Source of the DNA: Acidobacteriota bacterium
Lineage (GTDB): Bacteria > Acidobacteriota > UBA6911
Direction of reading: 5' to 3'
Length of the DNA: 64,000 nucleotides
NCBI GenBank assembly: GCA_963664705.1
Contig: OY761556.1
Coordinates: 2,016,001 to 2,080,000 of the forward strand
Under the pieces are notes generated by a model. It did no database searches, was not told the DNA's origin, and saw only the letters and a program-made list of their open reading frames with translations. The position numbers were made by a program, and so were the translations under genes. Below are positions 31,934 through 41,944 of this stretch, in pieces. Within the stretch, counting starts at the first letter, position 1; every line of letters starts with the position of its first letter.

Positions 31934-32653
31934 CTAAAAGCGGTATTTGGCCTTCTTGACATCCTGGCGGAAATCCGGCCCCTGAATTTCTACCTCCCGA
32001 CACATCTCAAACAATCGCGAACGAAGACGCATGCCTATTCGGTCCGTCAAATTCTCCTCCCCCTGTTTGACAGGCTTGTCGAGGTAATTGGAGGTAAAAA
32101 TAGTCAGCTTCTCGTCGTTATAGCGACAGTTGATGATGTGCGCAATGGTGTCCCGCACCCAGTCCGTCGGCTTGTTGGCTCCCAGTTCATCCAGGATCAG
32201 TACCTTCGCCTCCAGTACAGGCCGCAGCACCTCCAATTCCGAGGTTTGAGAAACGGAATTCCAGCTGGCCTGAATCTCGCGAAGTAGATCCCTGAAATCA
32301 TAGAAGAGCCCGCCATCCCCCTTTTCCATGATCACCTGCTTCAGCAGGGCAACCGCAAGATGTGTCTTGCCGACGCCGCAAGTCCCAAGCAGAAGCAGCC
32401 CCACATCGATCTGGGGATATTTATCCAGGAATCGCTGGACGTAGAGCTTTGCCTTCTTTTGAGATTCATTTTGCGGCAGGTATGATTCCAGATCGCAATG
32501 CTCATACCGCTTCGGGATGCGTGCTTCGGCCAGAAGCCTCTCGACCCGGACCGAGCTCATGCAGGTACATCGGCGTACACCCCCTTCCACCGGTTCCCAT
32601 CCGGAACCGCTGCAAAGAGGACAAGCTGGGAGTAATGAATTTTCAGTGGTCAT
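31934..32653 (-). CDS. DnaC/IstB-like AAA+ ATPase with N-terminal Zn-binding motif
   Basis: CPLC...[36 protein letters not shown]. Confidence 0.85.
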   Translation of the reverse strand: MTTENSLLPACPLCSGSGWEPVEGGVRRCTCMSSVRVERLLAEARIPKRYEHCDLESYLPQNESQKKAKLYVQRFLDKYPQIDVGLLLLGTCGVGKTHLAVALLKQVIMEKGDGGLFYDFRDLLREIQASWNSVSQTSELEVLRPVLEAKVLILDELGANKPTDWVRDTIAHIINCRYNDEKLTIFTSNYLDKPVKQGEENLTDRIGMRLRSRLFEMCREVEIQGPDFRQDVKKAKYRF

Positions 32654-32729
32654 TGGAAACCTGAGGATATCACAAGTGCCTGGGGCCTGCGCGAATTATT
32701 GAAATTGAATTATGGTACGCAAAACACAC

Positions 32730-33869
32730 TTATTGCGAATTGGGAACAGCTGCCTTTGGTGCGGGCTTTGGCGGAGGAGGACCTGGCACCGCGGCAACCT
32801 GAAGCGCCTTTAACTCGGCATACATCTTTTGAACATTTGACGGAAAAAAATTCTGGAATCGATACTTCGAATACTTTTCCGGCACCGCAATATCCCGGAC
32901 GGCCTGATCCAGACCATCCCCGCGATCCACCGATTCCTTTACCAGCGACTGCAGTGATTCAAAATAGCCCAGGAAATTCTGGATATCCTTTTTAGTCCCC
33001 ACTGTTCCATGGCCGGGGACAAATTTTTCGGCATCCAGTTTTAGCACTTCTTCCAGTGTTTTCATCCAGGACAAAATGGATGCATCCTGTACATTGGGAA
33101 TGGCTTCATTAAAAAAAAGATCCCCAACAAATACAATCTTTTGAGCCGGCAGCAGCATCACCACATCCCCGTCGGTGTGCCCTTTTCCAAGGTACAGAAT
33201 CCGGACTTCCTGTTTTCCGTCCAGAATCTTCAAGCTGTCATCCAGGGTAACAGATGGCGCCCCTATTTTTAGCTTGGACATCGTCTGGATGTATTCGTCA
33301 CGCGTCTTGATCTGCTCGCGCAGCCGTTGCAGAAGATCCGGGTCCTTCGTCTTGGCCATATCTCGGCGCAATCTTTCGACCTGCGCTTGCGCCACGGATA
33401 TTGTCCTGTTGAGCGAGGGGAGGTCTCCTTCGAGGACCTCCCGGCGCGCCGCGGTGCTTCCGATCAATTGGGCGTCCGGGAAGGCCTGGTTTCCATGGGT
33501 ATGATCGGCATGTGCATGGCTGTTGACAACATAACGGATAGGCTTTGGCGTAACCGATCGAATGGCATTCAGTAATGCCTGCCCAGCCTCGGGAGTGAAG
33601 TGGGTGTCGAATACGAGAACCGAATGCTCCAGCACAACGAATCCGGCGTTGCTTACAGCATCCCCATCCGGGCTGACAATCCTTACGAATACATTATCCG
33701 CAAGCCTGGTCAGATCCGAGCTTTCCTTTGAGTACGCGGCGGTCGAAAACAGACACCACAGGCCTGTCATCACGCAAGCCCATCGGACTATTTGTTTAAT
33801 TGCAGAAAATGAAAGAATGGAAGGACCTCGCGTTTCAGAAATTCGACATGCGCTGCACCGGCGCTTCAA
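32730..33869 (-). CDS. exported metallo-beta-lactamase-fold hydrolase
   Basis: SHAHADHTHGN, GHTDGD, GDL, VPGHG motifs; signal-like N-terminus; start uncertain (perhaps about 33770). Confidence 0.85.
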   Translation of the reverse strand: MKRRCSACRISETRGPSILSFSAIKQIVRWACVMTGLWCLFSTAAYSKESSDLTRLADNVFVRIVSPDGDAVSNAGFVVLEHSVLVFDTHFTPEAGQALLNAIRSVTPKPIRYVVNSHAHADHTHGNQAFPDAQLIGSTAARREVLEGDLPSLNRTISVAQAQVERLRRDMAKTKDPDLLQRLREQIKTRDEYIQTMSKLKIGAPSVTLDDSLKILDGKQEVRILYLGKGHTDGDVVMLLPAQKIVFVGDLFFNEAIPNVQDASILSWMKTLEEVLKLDAEKFVPGHGTVGTKKDIQNFLGYFESLQSLVKESVDRGDGLDQAVRDIAVPEKYSKYRFQNFFPSNVQKMYAELKALQVAAVPGPPPPKPAPKAAVPNSQ

Positions 33870-35004
33870 CCAGCATCACCGATTTCTGATTCTTCGATCG
33901 CCCCCGGTAGAAAGTAACCTTCACACTCTCACCGGGACGTTTTGTCTCCAAAACCAATCGAAGCTCCTCAAGCGAACCAACCGGCTTTCCATCTATTTCA
34001 GTCAGAATATCGCCGCCCACCAGGATCCGCTGGTTGAACAGGATGGCCATTTGATTGGCGCCTTTGATTCCGGCCTGATCGGCGGAACTGCCGCGGTATA
34101 CGCGGGCAATCATGATTCCGCTCTGCACGGGCAGATTGAGTTCCGAGGCAAGATCTTCGTTCAGCTCATATCCTTCGATGCCGAACCAGGGTCTACGAAC
34201 ACGTCCCTCCCGGATCAACTCCGTCACGACGCGGCGAATGGTATTGGCAGGGATCGCAAAACCGATTCCGATGCTCCCGCCTCCGCGGATTGTAAAAATC
34301 GAGGTATTGATCCCGATCATCTCACCGGCGGTATTCAGCAATGGCCCACCTGAATTTCCGGGATTGATGGCCGCATCGGTCTGAATAACATTGTCGACCA
34401 GCGTGCCTTCTTCAGTTTTGATGCGGCGGCCCAGGGAGCTTACAATGCCCGTGGTCATTGAATTCTGAAGGCCCAGGGGATTTCCGATAGCCAGGACTTT
34501 CTGCCCAACCTTCAATGCGCTGGAATCCCCCAGAGTAATAGGATGCAGCCGGTCCTTGGGAGCGCCGGAAATCCTGATCACGGCCAGGTCGTTCTGCTTA
34601 TCGTACCCGATGACCTTGGCCCGGTATTTCGTATGGTCCGGCAACGAAACTTCCAGGCTATCCGCGGACTCAATGACATGATAGTTGGTAAGAATATTTC
34701 CGTCCGTATCCAGCACGCAGCCGCTTCCGGTCCCTCCATCGGTTGCGACGGGCGCGAAGAAGAAATCGTATTCCACTACCTTTTGGGTAATGTTGACGAC
34801 TCCCGGACTTACCTGGTCATATACACGGATATTTGTCTGCTCTTCGCTGCTGAGGGAGGCCTGGCCGGCTGGAGCAAATGCAAAAGCTGGCTTCGACGGC
34901 TCCTTTGGGCTGTATCCAGGGATCAGATCCCATTTCAGCGCCATCAGAGTGGCCGAACTGGAAAGAAGAACGGCGATGATGATATTTCTTACTGGGTGCC
35001 TCAT
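33835..35004 (-). CDS. HtrA/DegP-family serine protease with PDZ domain
   Basis: LTNYHV, DLAV, QTDAAINPGNSGGPL, C-terminal PDZ. Confidence 0.93.
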   Translation of the reverse strand: MRHPVRNIIIAVLLSSSATLMALKWDLIPGYSPKEPSKPAFAFAPAGQASLSSEEQTNIRVYDQVSPGVVNITQKVVEYDFFFAPVATDGGTGSGCVLDTDGNILTNYHVIESADSLEVSLPDHTKYRAKVIGYDKQNDLAVIRISGAPKDRLHPITLGDSSALKVGQKVLAIGNPLGLQNSMTTGIVSSLGRRIKTEEGTLVDNVIQTDAAINPGNSGGPLLNTAGEMIGINTSIFTIRGGGSIGIGFAIPANTIRRVVTELIREGRVRRPWFGIEGYELNEDLASELNLPVQSGIMIARVYRGSSADQAGIKGANQMAILFNQRILVGGDILTEIDGKPVGSLEELRLVLETKRPGESVKVTFYRGRSKNQKSVMLVEAPVQRMSNF

Positions 35005-35005
35005 A

Positions 35006-35047
35006 AAGCAAAAGAGCCTCCTGGAGCCGGGTATGGTCCAGGAGGCT
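35006..35047 (-). terminator. intrinsic terminator after the substrate-binding protein gene
   Basis: AGCCTCCTGGA...TCCAGGAGGCT stem followed on the minus strand by CTTTTGCTTT. Confidence 0.6.
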
Positions 35048-35055
35048 TTCCTTCT

Positions 35056-36189
35056 CTACCTGAATTGAATCGAAATGCCGCTGCCGGAAATATTCAGATC
35101 CATGGCAAGCGAAGTCTTTGCCAGATCGGGAACCGGCACTTTGGCGGTCATCCGCAAAATACTCATATTCAGTTTATATTCTCCCGGAGGAACCGCCTTG
35201 GTGAACTTGCAGTTTCCATGGTTTCCTTCCGTCAGAATCGGCGTGGACTGATAGGATCCGGATGCGCCTTCCAGAACGAGGACGAAACCGTCCAGACGAT
35301 CCATATTCCAGCTGCCGCCGGACTTGTTGATGCTGACGTTGATGGTTTTGGGAGCCTTCTTGGCGGCATCTTCCTTCTTGTCCGCTTCGCCTCGATCCCT
35401 TGATTTTTTGACAATGTCGCCAATCCAGGTATCGATCATTTTTTGAAGTTCACCGGATGATTTCAGACGATCGATGGTGGCATTAACCTTGGCCAACAAC
35501 GCAGTCTCACCCTTCCGCACCACCGCCACATACTTGTACTTATTAACCTGCTCCGGCAGAGTGGTGGTGTTCGGATAGCTGTTGAAGCTGCTGTAGGAAA
35601 TCATGATCTCATCGCCAATGACCGCGTTGATTTCAGCGCGGTTCAATGCACCCAGGGCATCATCCAAGGTAGGGAATTTCTTGACGGTGATATCTTTTTG
35701 GGTGGCCAGGAAGGTATCCGCCGGACGCCCGGAGGCAACGCCGACCATCTTCCCCTTCAGACTCGCAAGGTCCTTAACATCAAAGTCATTGCGCTGATGA
35801 GCAATCACATCGCTGCTCTCATAATACGGCTGTGAAAAAGCGAAATCCTTTTCTCTGGCCGGATCACTGGCGATCGCGGAAATCACTACCTCAGCCTCGC
35901 CGTTCTTGAGCAGATCGAGAACGTGATCATAGCCATTGGCTTTCACCCAGTTCACCTCGATATTGAGATCTTTCCCAATCTCGTTTCCGAGATCTATGTC
36001 GAGGCCTTGAACGCCGGTTCCCGCGCCAAACTCAAACGGAGCATTCCGGGCATCCGTGACGATGGCGATCTTTTTATGTTTCTTCATGCTTGCTTCGGCG
36101 CTGGGGATTTCTTTTTCTTTCTTACCGCAACCGATTGCGATCAGCATCAAGCCGACCATCATCAAAACAATGTATTTTGTTATTCGCAA
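35056..36189 (-). CDS. family-3 (polar amino acid) substrate-binding lipoprotein with C-terminal extension
   Basis: Lipobox IGC; APFEF, GLDIDL, AFSQPYY, LLAKVNATIDRLKSSGEL; about 100 extra aa; TTG start after GGAGG. Confidence 0.85.
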   Translation of the reverse strand: MRITKYIVLMMVGLMLIAIGCGKKEKEIPSAEASMKKHKKIAIVTDARNAPFEFGAGTGVQGLDIDLGNEIGKDLNIEVNWVKANGYDHVLDLLKNGEAEVVISAIASDPAREKDFAFSQPYYESSDVIAHQRNDFDVKDLASLKGKMVGVASGRPADTFLATQKDITVKKFPTLDDALGALNRAEINAVIGDEIMISYSSFNSYPNTTTLPEQVNKYKYVAVVRKGETALLAKVNATIDRLKSSGELQKMIDTWIGDIVKKSRDRGEADKKEDAAKKAPKTINVSINKSGGSWNMDRLDGFVLVLEGASGSYQSTPILTEGNHGNCKFTKAVPPGEYKLNMSILRMTAKVPVPDLAKTSLAMDLNISGSGISIQFR

Positions 36190-36439
36190 GTCTTACCTCC
36201 TTGGAGATATATAGGAGCTTCAATTCATTGCATTACGATTGCATGGGTATTCTAGCCAAATTAGCATTATGACCAAAGCTTTTTTAACATTCTTAGTTTC
36301 TAAAAGTATCGGGGAGGCTCCTCGCTGAAAGCCGGGCACTTCGTTCCCTTCCCCCAGTAGCGTCCTAAAGCCCTCTGGAAGGGGGCCGGCCATAGGATCC
36401 TCTAAATACATTAGATGCGATTCGGAGACCATTGTTCCG

Positions 36440-37627
36440 CTACAGATCACGCTTTCCATAAGTAAACGACATCGAACCGGCCGCTAGCAGACAAAAAGCG
36501 GCTCCGAGCATGCAAACGCCCCCATAGCCCCGTAATCCAAACAGAATCCCTGACATAAGTGTAGCAAGACCGATGCCCAATTGGGAAAACGAGTTCTTTA
36601 GGGCTACAAAAGCTCCTCGCGAGCCGGAGGGGACAATCTCGGTCAGGACAGCCTCCATCGGTCCCTGCCGGAATGCAGCCGCCAGACTGACCAACCCAAA
36701 AACCAGAAACATCATCTTGCCCCACTGGAGCTTGGGAAGAAGAAGCAGAAACCCCGCGAGTGCGACGCTGCTGACGACAACCTGCAATCGCTTTCCGATT
36801 CTGTCGGCAATAGCTCCTGCGAATGGAGACGCCAGCAAGGCCGCTCCACCCGCAATCAGAAATACCAGGCCGATCCGACTGCTCGGAATGCCAAAGGCAC
36901 CGTGAAGCCATTCACCGAAAAACGCAAGGAACCCCATTGTCCCCGCTGAAGCAAAGAAAGAACTCATCAAGGCGCCAATCGCGCCCGGGAATTTAAGGAA
37001 TCCGGCATAGATTCTGATAGTTTCGACAACGGGCGTGCGCCTCGCCTGTGCTGCGGTCGTGGAGAGATCTCTCAGAAAAACCTGGACCGATATAAGCAAA
37101 ATCAGACTAACCAGCGCCATGACTCCAAACACCGAATTCCATCCATACCGCTCGCCAAACCATGAGCCCAGTGGCACTCCGAGGACAAGGGCGGCATAAT
37201 AGGATGAAAATATGGAACCCATCGCCCAACCTCGATTTTCATAGGGGAAAAAATCGGCGGCATACGATATCGTGTTCAGGCTGAGCATGCTCGCTCCCAT
37301 GCCGGTCAAAATCCTCCCACATAAAAGCGCGTAAAATCCGTTGGAAAAATAGGAGGCACAGGAGCCAAGGCAAAAGACAATCAGACCGGTCATCAGGCCG
37401 CGCTTGCGTCCAAACACATCCGAGACGCGGCCCCAGATGAGAACCGAGAGCCCCGCGCAAATCGAATACCCGGTGAAGAGCAACCCTATTTCTGAAAAGG
37501 ACCGGCCGAATTGCATCCGGATCGCGGGGAGAAGCGGACTGAGGATCTGATTGTCCGCAACCCCGACAAAGAGGATAAGAAACAGACACGCAACAACCCT
37601 TCGTTGGTCTCTCTGCCGGAGTGTCAT
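36440..37627 (-). CDS. MFS transporter
   Basis: GRVSDVFGRK and GAIADRIGKR motif A; about 12 hydrophobic segments. Confidence 0.9.
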   Translation of the reverse strand: MTLRQRDQRRVVACLFLILFVGVADNQILSPLLPAIRMQFGRSFSEIGLLFTGYSICAGLSVLIWGRVSDVFGRKRGLMTGLIVFCLGSCASYFSNGFYALLCGRILTGMGASMLSLNTISYAADFFPYENRGWAMGSIFSSYYAALVLGVPLGSWFGERYGWNSVFGVMALVSLILLISVQVFLRDLSTTAAQARRTPVVETIRIYAGFLKFPGAIGALMSSFFASAGTMGFLAFFGEWLHGAFGIPSSRIGLVFLIAGGAALLASPFAGAIADRIGKRLQVVVSSVALAGFLLLLPKLQWGKMMFLVFGLVSLAAAFRQGPMEAVLTEIVPSGSRGAFVALKNSFSQLGIGLATLMSGILFGLRGYGGVCMLGAAFCLLAAGSMSFTYGKRDL

Positions 37628-37633
37628 GCCAGA

Positions 37634-37993
37634 TTATTCGAAGTGCTTGATTTGCAGGTGCTCCGCTGCAATATCGGTCTGATCCACGACAGATGCGGCC
37701 GCAACGCCCATTGCAATGACAATGGCTTCGCTGATTTCCTCAGGCGTCGCCCCGAACTTCTTTGCCTTTTTGATATGTCCGCTCAAACAGCCCTGGCACT
37801 TGAAACCCAGGGCCGCGGCAATCGCAATGAGTTCCTTGGTTTTCCGATCTATTTTGGATTTCTTGTAGGTCTCCTGGTAGAACTCGAAATAGATCTTTTT
37901 CATCCGCGCTTCGACCATCGTATAGGATGGCCATTTACCCTGCGGCTCTGGTGTGATCGCGTTTTCCTGTGGGGCATCCGACGGATTCTTCAT
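37634..37993 (-). CDS. carboxymuconolactone decarboxylase/AhpD-like protein
   Basis: IDRKTKELIAIAAA...CQGCL..H...GATPEEISEA. Confidence 0.88.
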   Translation of the reverse strand: MKNPSDAPQENAITPEPQGKWPSYTMVEARMKKIYFEFYQETYKKSKIDRKTKELIAIAAALGFKCQGCLSGHIKKAKKFGATPEEISEAIVIAMGVAAASVVDQTDIAAEHLQIKHFE

Positions 37994-38123
37994 ACCATTA
38001 TCCTCATTCGAGTTCCGAAGTATTGAGCGATACTAACATATTCCATTGATGATTTACGATTGACGAATGACGATTGTATCGCGTTGATCGCAGCAAACCG
38101 CCCATGGAATCCGGTACCCAGCC

Positions 38124-38588
38124 CTAGAGTATTCTTTCCATGATCCAGGCATCCTCCACCGGGTCGGTGTAGTAATTCAGGCGTGTCCCGGCAATCCGGA
38201 AATTGTGGCGATTGTAGAAAAGTATGGCGGTTTGATTGGACTTGCGAACTTCAAGGAAGCACCGGTTGCATCCCCGACGAATGCCCTCGGAGTAGGCATT
38301 CTCCATCAGTTCCGTGCCAATACCCTGCCGGTGATATTCCGGAAAGACTCCGAGTTTCAGAATCTCCAGATTATCGTAAATGGATCGCGCCAGAAAGAAA
38401 CCGGCGATCGACTCCCTTACCGATGGAGAACTGATCACAGCCTTGCATCCGAAATATTCGGGGAATTCTTCCAGAAACCGCCGGTAGTTGTCGTTGCCCC
38501 AAAACGCCAGTTTAACCTGGTCTTCAAGCGGTTGCAGGAAAGGAATGTCGTCGACGGTCAGGCGGGCAACATAGCAATTTGAAATCAT
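38124..38588 (-). CDS. rimI: ribosomal-protein-alanine N-acetyltransferase
   Basis: GNAT motif RQGIG, FLEVRKSN..A, R.NYY.DP.EDA; follows tsaB. Confidence 0.88.
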   Translation of the reverse strand: MISNCYVARLTVDDIPFLQPLEDQVKLAFWGNDNYRRFLEEFPEYFGCKAVISSPSVRESIAGFFLARSIYDNLEILKLGVFPEYHRQGIGTELMENAYSEGIRRGCNRCFLEVRKSNQTAILFYNRHNFRIAGTRLNYYTDPVEDAWIMERIL

Positions 38589-38589
38589 C

Positions 38590-39300
38590 TCAGCGCTTTT
38601 TGCTTTTGTTTTTGAGGGCATCCGGAGGCCTTATATACATGGGGTCGGCAGCGATATCTTCGCCCGAACGCCAGACCCGTTTTCGCGCAAGTGCCAGCCT
38701 GCCTATCCGTGCCGCCAGAAACAAATCTGCTTCTATTGCACGGTTCAATATCCCAGGTTTGCTTTTTATCTCCTCCAGCCGGCACGCCTTCAGCTCACCA
38801 ACAATATATGTATGCCTGTCTGAAAGGTGATGTTCAAGATCAGAAATGCTGGAAAGTGCAGGCTTCCCGGATGACCGAATTCTGCCGTTTTTGCCCAGAT
38901 AGGTGCCACAGTACAGCTGGGAGCGGTGTGCATCCAGTACTGCAAGAATTTTTCCATCCAGGTAGGAAAATTGATGGGCGATGGCATCCAGTCCGGAAAC
39001 TCCTGCAAATGGAATGGCCAGTGACTGAGCTAACCCCAGGGCCGTCGCAATTCCGATCCGAATGCCCGTAAAGGAACCGGGACCGATGCCAACGGCAACC
39101 AGATTCAAATCTCCCAATCCCCATCCGACTCTGCCCAGTAGAAAGTCGATTGAGCTTAATAATAGAGCCGAATGCGTTTGCAGTGAATTCAGGCGAAGTT
39201 CCGCGCGCAATTCTTCACCTTCCAGTAAGGCGACACTACCCCGCACGGATGAGGTATCAAAAGAAAGAATCTTTGGGGCCACGCTCACAGGCATCATCAT
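38590..39300 (-). CDS. tsaB: tRNA threonylcarbamoyladenosine biosynthesis protein TsaB
   Basis: ILSFDTS, THS, GPGSFTGIRIG, P.YIRP. Confidence 0.92.
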   Translation of the reverse strand: MMMPVSVAPKILSFDTSSVRGSVALLEGEELRAELRLNSLQTHSALLLSSIDFLLGRVGWGLGDLNLVAVGIGPGSFTGIRIGIATALGLAQSLAIPFAGVSGLDAIAHQFSYLDGKILAVLDAHRSQLYCGTYLGKNGRIRSSGKPALSSISDLEHHLSDRHTYIVGELKACRLEEIKSKPGILNRAIEADLFLAARIGRLALARKRVWRSGEDIAADPMYIRPPDALKNKSKKR

Positions 39301-39430
39301 TGACAACAGCAGGAAGCGGATTATATACTGCAGCCTCTTTATATACAAGGATTTGTGATCCGGTTCCCGTAGTTAAATCCAAGAATTTCCGCGAAAATCC
39401 GCGGTTGAATCCCCTCGGAAAGCCAAGTTG

Positions 39431-41932
39431 ATGGAAGACCTCACCCCAATGATGAGACAGTATCATGAGGTCAAGAGGCGCTTTCCCGGCAAACTGGTCT
39501 TCTTTCGCCTCGGCGATTTCTATGAAATGTTTTACGAGGATGCGGTACTTGCGTCCCGTGAACTTGAAATCACCCTGACCTCGCGCAATAAGGATAAAAG
39601 CGGGGCTCCCATTCCCATGTGTGGCGTGCCCTATCACTCGGTCGACGGCTACATTGCCCGTTTGATGAAAAAGGGATACAAGATTGCCATCTGTGAGCAG
39701 GTGGAAGATCCGCGCAGCGCAAAGAAACTCGTTCACCGCGAAGTAACAAGAGTACTGACTCCCGGGACTGTCGTGGAGGAAATGCTCCTGGAGCCGAAAG
39801 ATCACAATTACCTGGGCAGCCTTTGCATCCATGAGGAGGGTGTAGGACTCGCGTTCATGGATCTTTCCACTGCCGATTTTCTCGCGACCGAGTTTTCGTC
39901 GGACGAATCCTGGCATAAGGCGATCGATGAACTGACGCGTTTTTCGCCCAGGGAAATTGTTCTCTCTGAAGGTTCCAGCGAGGAAGTAAGGCAGCGACTG
40001 GTCCGCGACTGGTCCGACTCATGGGTATCCAGCCCGATCGACGACTGGACATTTAATTATGATTACGCGCAGCGGATCCTTCTTGAACATTTCGGACTCG
40101 CCAGCCTGGATGGGCTTGGGGCGTCCGGAAAATCACTGTCTGTCTGCGCCGCCGGCGCACTGATACACTATCTGCGCGATTCGCAATTGACCGCGCTGGG
40201 CAAAGTCGCAACCCTGCGCTTTTTCGAGCCGTCCGACTTTCTGAAGCTTGACGCCTCCACGGTTACGAACCTCGAACTGGTTCAGACTCTGGATGGATCC
40301 AAGAAGGGTTCGCTTTTCTCATTTCTGGACATGACACACACGGGCATGGGAGCGCGCCTGCTAAAATCCTGGCTGCTGCTGCCGCTGCTCAATCTTGAGG
40401 AATTACAGAGGCGGCAGGATTCCATTGAAGTCATGACATCCAGCATTCAGATGCATGGGCGCCTCACGACACAGCTGTCTGAAATTCACGACCTGGAAAG
40501 GCTGATCAGCCGTGTGATGGTCGGGGTTGCCACCCCCCGGGAGCTTCTTGCTTTGAGGGACTCCCTCCGGGTTATTCCCGCCATCCGGGATCTTTTGACC
40601 GTGTTCCCTTCCCCGCGAGTTTCGGAAATTCGCGCAAATCTGGACCCACTGGAAGACGTTGTTCTTTTGATCGAAACCGCAATCTCGGACGATCCGCCGG
40701 CGTCCGCATCCGATCCCGGAATCATCCGGAACGGGTATTCCCCGGAACTGGATGAATTGCGATCCATTCGTCATAGCGGCAAAGGATACATTGCATCGCT
40801 CGAGGCCCGGGAACGGCAGAAAACGGGAATCTCATCGCTCAAGGTGAAGTTCAACCAGGTTTTCGGATATTTCATCGAAGTCACAAATTCCAACCTTTCC
40901 CAGGTGCCTTCGAACTATATCCGAAAGCAGACACTGGTCAATTGCGAGCGTTTTGTAACCGAGGAATTGCAGCAATACGAGGAAAAAGTTCTTGGTGCGG
41001 AAGAGCGGATTGCAACGTTGGAGAAAGAACTGTTTGGCCAGGTGCGCAAATCCGTGGCCGTGCAGGGACTGCGAATCCAGACAACGGCGCGCCTTCTCGG
41101 CGAACTGGATGCATATGCCTCGCTATCCGAAGTCGCCGTCAAAAACGGCTATGTTCGCCCCAGGTTGACTGCCGGGGATGAGATATTTATCCGTGACGGC
41201 CGCCACCCCGTCGTCGAGTTGCAGAGTCAGCCCTTCATTCCGAATGACTTGTATCTCAACTCCACGACCGATCAACTGATTGTTTTGACCGGGCCGAATA
41301 TGGGTGGAAAGTCCACCTACCTTCGGCAGACCGCGCTGATCGTTATCCTGGCGCAGATGGGTTCTTTTGTTCCCGCCGGCGAAGCGCGACTTGGATGCGT
41401 CGACCGCATCTACACACGCGTCGGCGCTTCCGACAACCTGGCACGCGGAAGATCCACCTTCATGGTGGAAATGATTGAAACGGCAAACATTCTGAACACC
41501 GCTACAACGCGCAGCCTCATTCTGCTTGATGAAGTCGGCCGAGGCACGGCTACATTTGACGGACTGTCTCTGGCCTGGGCGATTGCGGAATACCTGGTGC
41601 AGAATCCTGTCCATCGCGCAAAAACTCTTTTCGCCACGCATTATCATGAACTGACAAAAATGTCCGAGGTTCATCCCGGCGTCAGGAATTATTGTATGGC
41701 GATTCAGGAGGTCGGCAAGGAGATCGTCTTTCTACGAAAAGTCACTCCAGGCGCCGCCGACAAAAGCTATGGTATCGAGGTGGCTCGTCTCGCCGGGATG
41801 CCCCGGGATGTCCTGACCAGGGCGAACAAAATTCTCGAAAAACTTGAAAGAAAAGAAATAGACCTGACGGGTCGCGCGCACAGACGTTCGACGGATGAAG
41901 TGCTGGATGAAATGCAGAAGTCGCTTTTTTAA
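39431..41932 (+). CDS. mutS: DNA mismatch repair protein MutS
   Basis: TPMMRQY, FRLGDFYEMF, GPNMGGKST, DEVGRGT, ATHYHEL. Confidence 0.98.
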   Translation: MEDLTPMMRQYHEVKRRFPGKLVFFRLGDFYEMFYEDAVLASRELEITLTSRNKDKSGAPIPMCGVPYHSVDGYIARLMKKGYKIAICEQVEDPRSAKKLVHREVTRVLTPGTVVEEMLLEPKDHNYLGSLCIHEEGVGLAFMDLSTADFLATEFSSDESWHKAIDELTRFSPREIVLSEGSSEEVRQRLVRDWSDSWVSSPIDDWTFNYDYAQRILLEHFGLASLDGLGASGKSLSVCAAGALIHYLRDSQLTALGKVATLRFFEPSDFLKLDASTVTNLELVQTLDGSKKGSLFSFLDMTHTGMGARLLKSWLLLPLLNLEELQRRQDSIEVMTSSIQMHGRLTTQLSEIHDLERLISRVMVGVATPRELLALRDSLRVIPAIRDLLTVFPSPRVSEIRANLDPLEDVVLLIETAISDDPPASASDPGIIRNGYSPELDELRSIRHSGKGYIASLEARERQKTGISSLKVKFNQVFGYFIEVTNSNLSQVPSNYIRKQTLVNCERFVTEELQQYEEKVLGAEERIATLEKELFGQVRKSVAVQGLRIQTTARLLGELDAYASLSEVAVKNGYVRPRLTAGDEIFIRDGRHPVVELQSQPFIPNDLYLNSTTDQLIVLTGPNMGGKSTYLRQTALIVILAQMGSFVPAGEARLGCVDRIYTRVGASDNLARGRSTFMVEMIETANILNTATTRSLILLDEVGRGTATFDGLSLAWAIAEYLVQNPVHRAKTLFATHYHELTKMSEVHPGVRNYCMAIQEVGKEIVFLRKVTPGAADKSYGIEVARLAGMPRDVLTRANKILEKLERKEIDLTGRAHRRSTDEVLDEMQKSLF

Positions 41933-41944
41933 ATCAAGAATGAA

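Noticed and set aside
31934-32653. IS21 element
   Set aside because: No IstA transposase or terminal repeats.
38046-38076. Four degenerate heptamer repeats (TTGACGA-like)
   Set aside because: Too short and degenerate, with no spacers; not a CRISPR array and no function can be supported.
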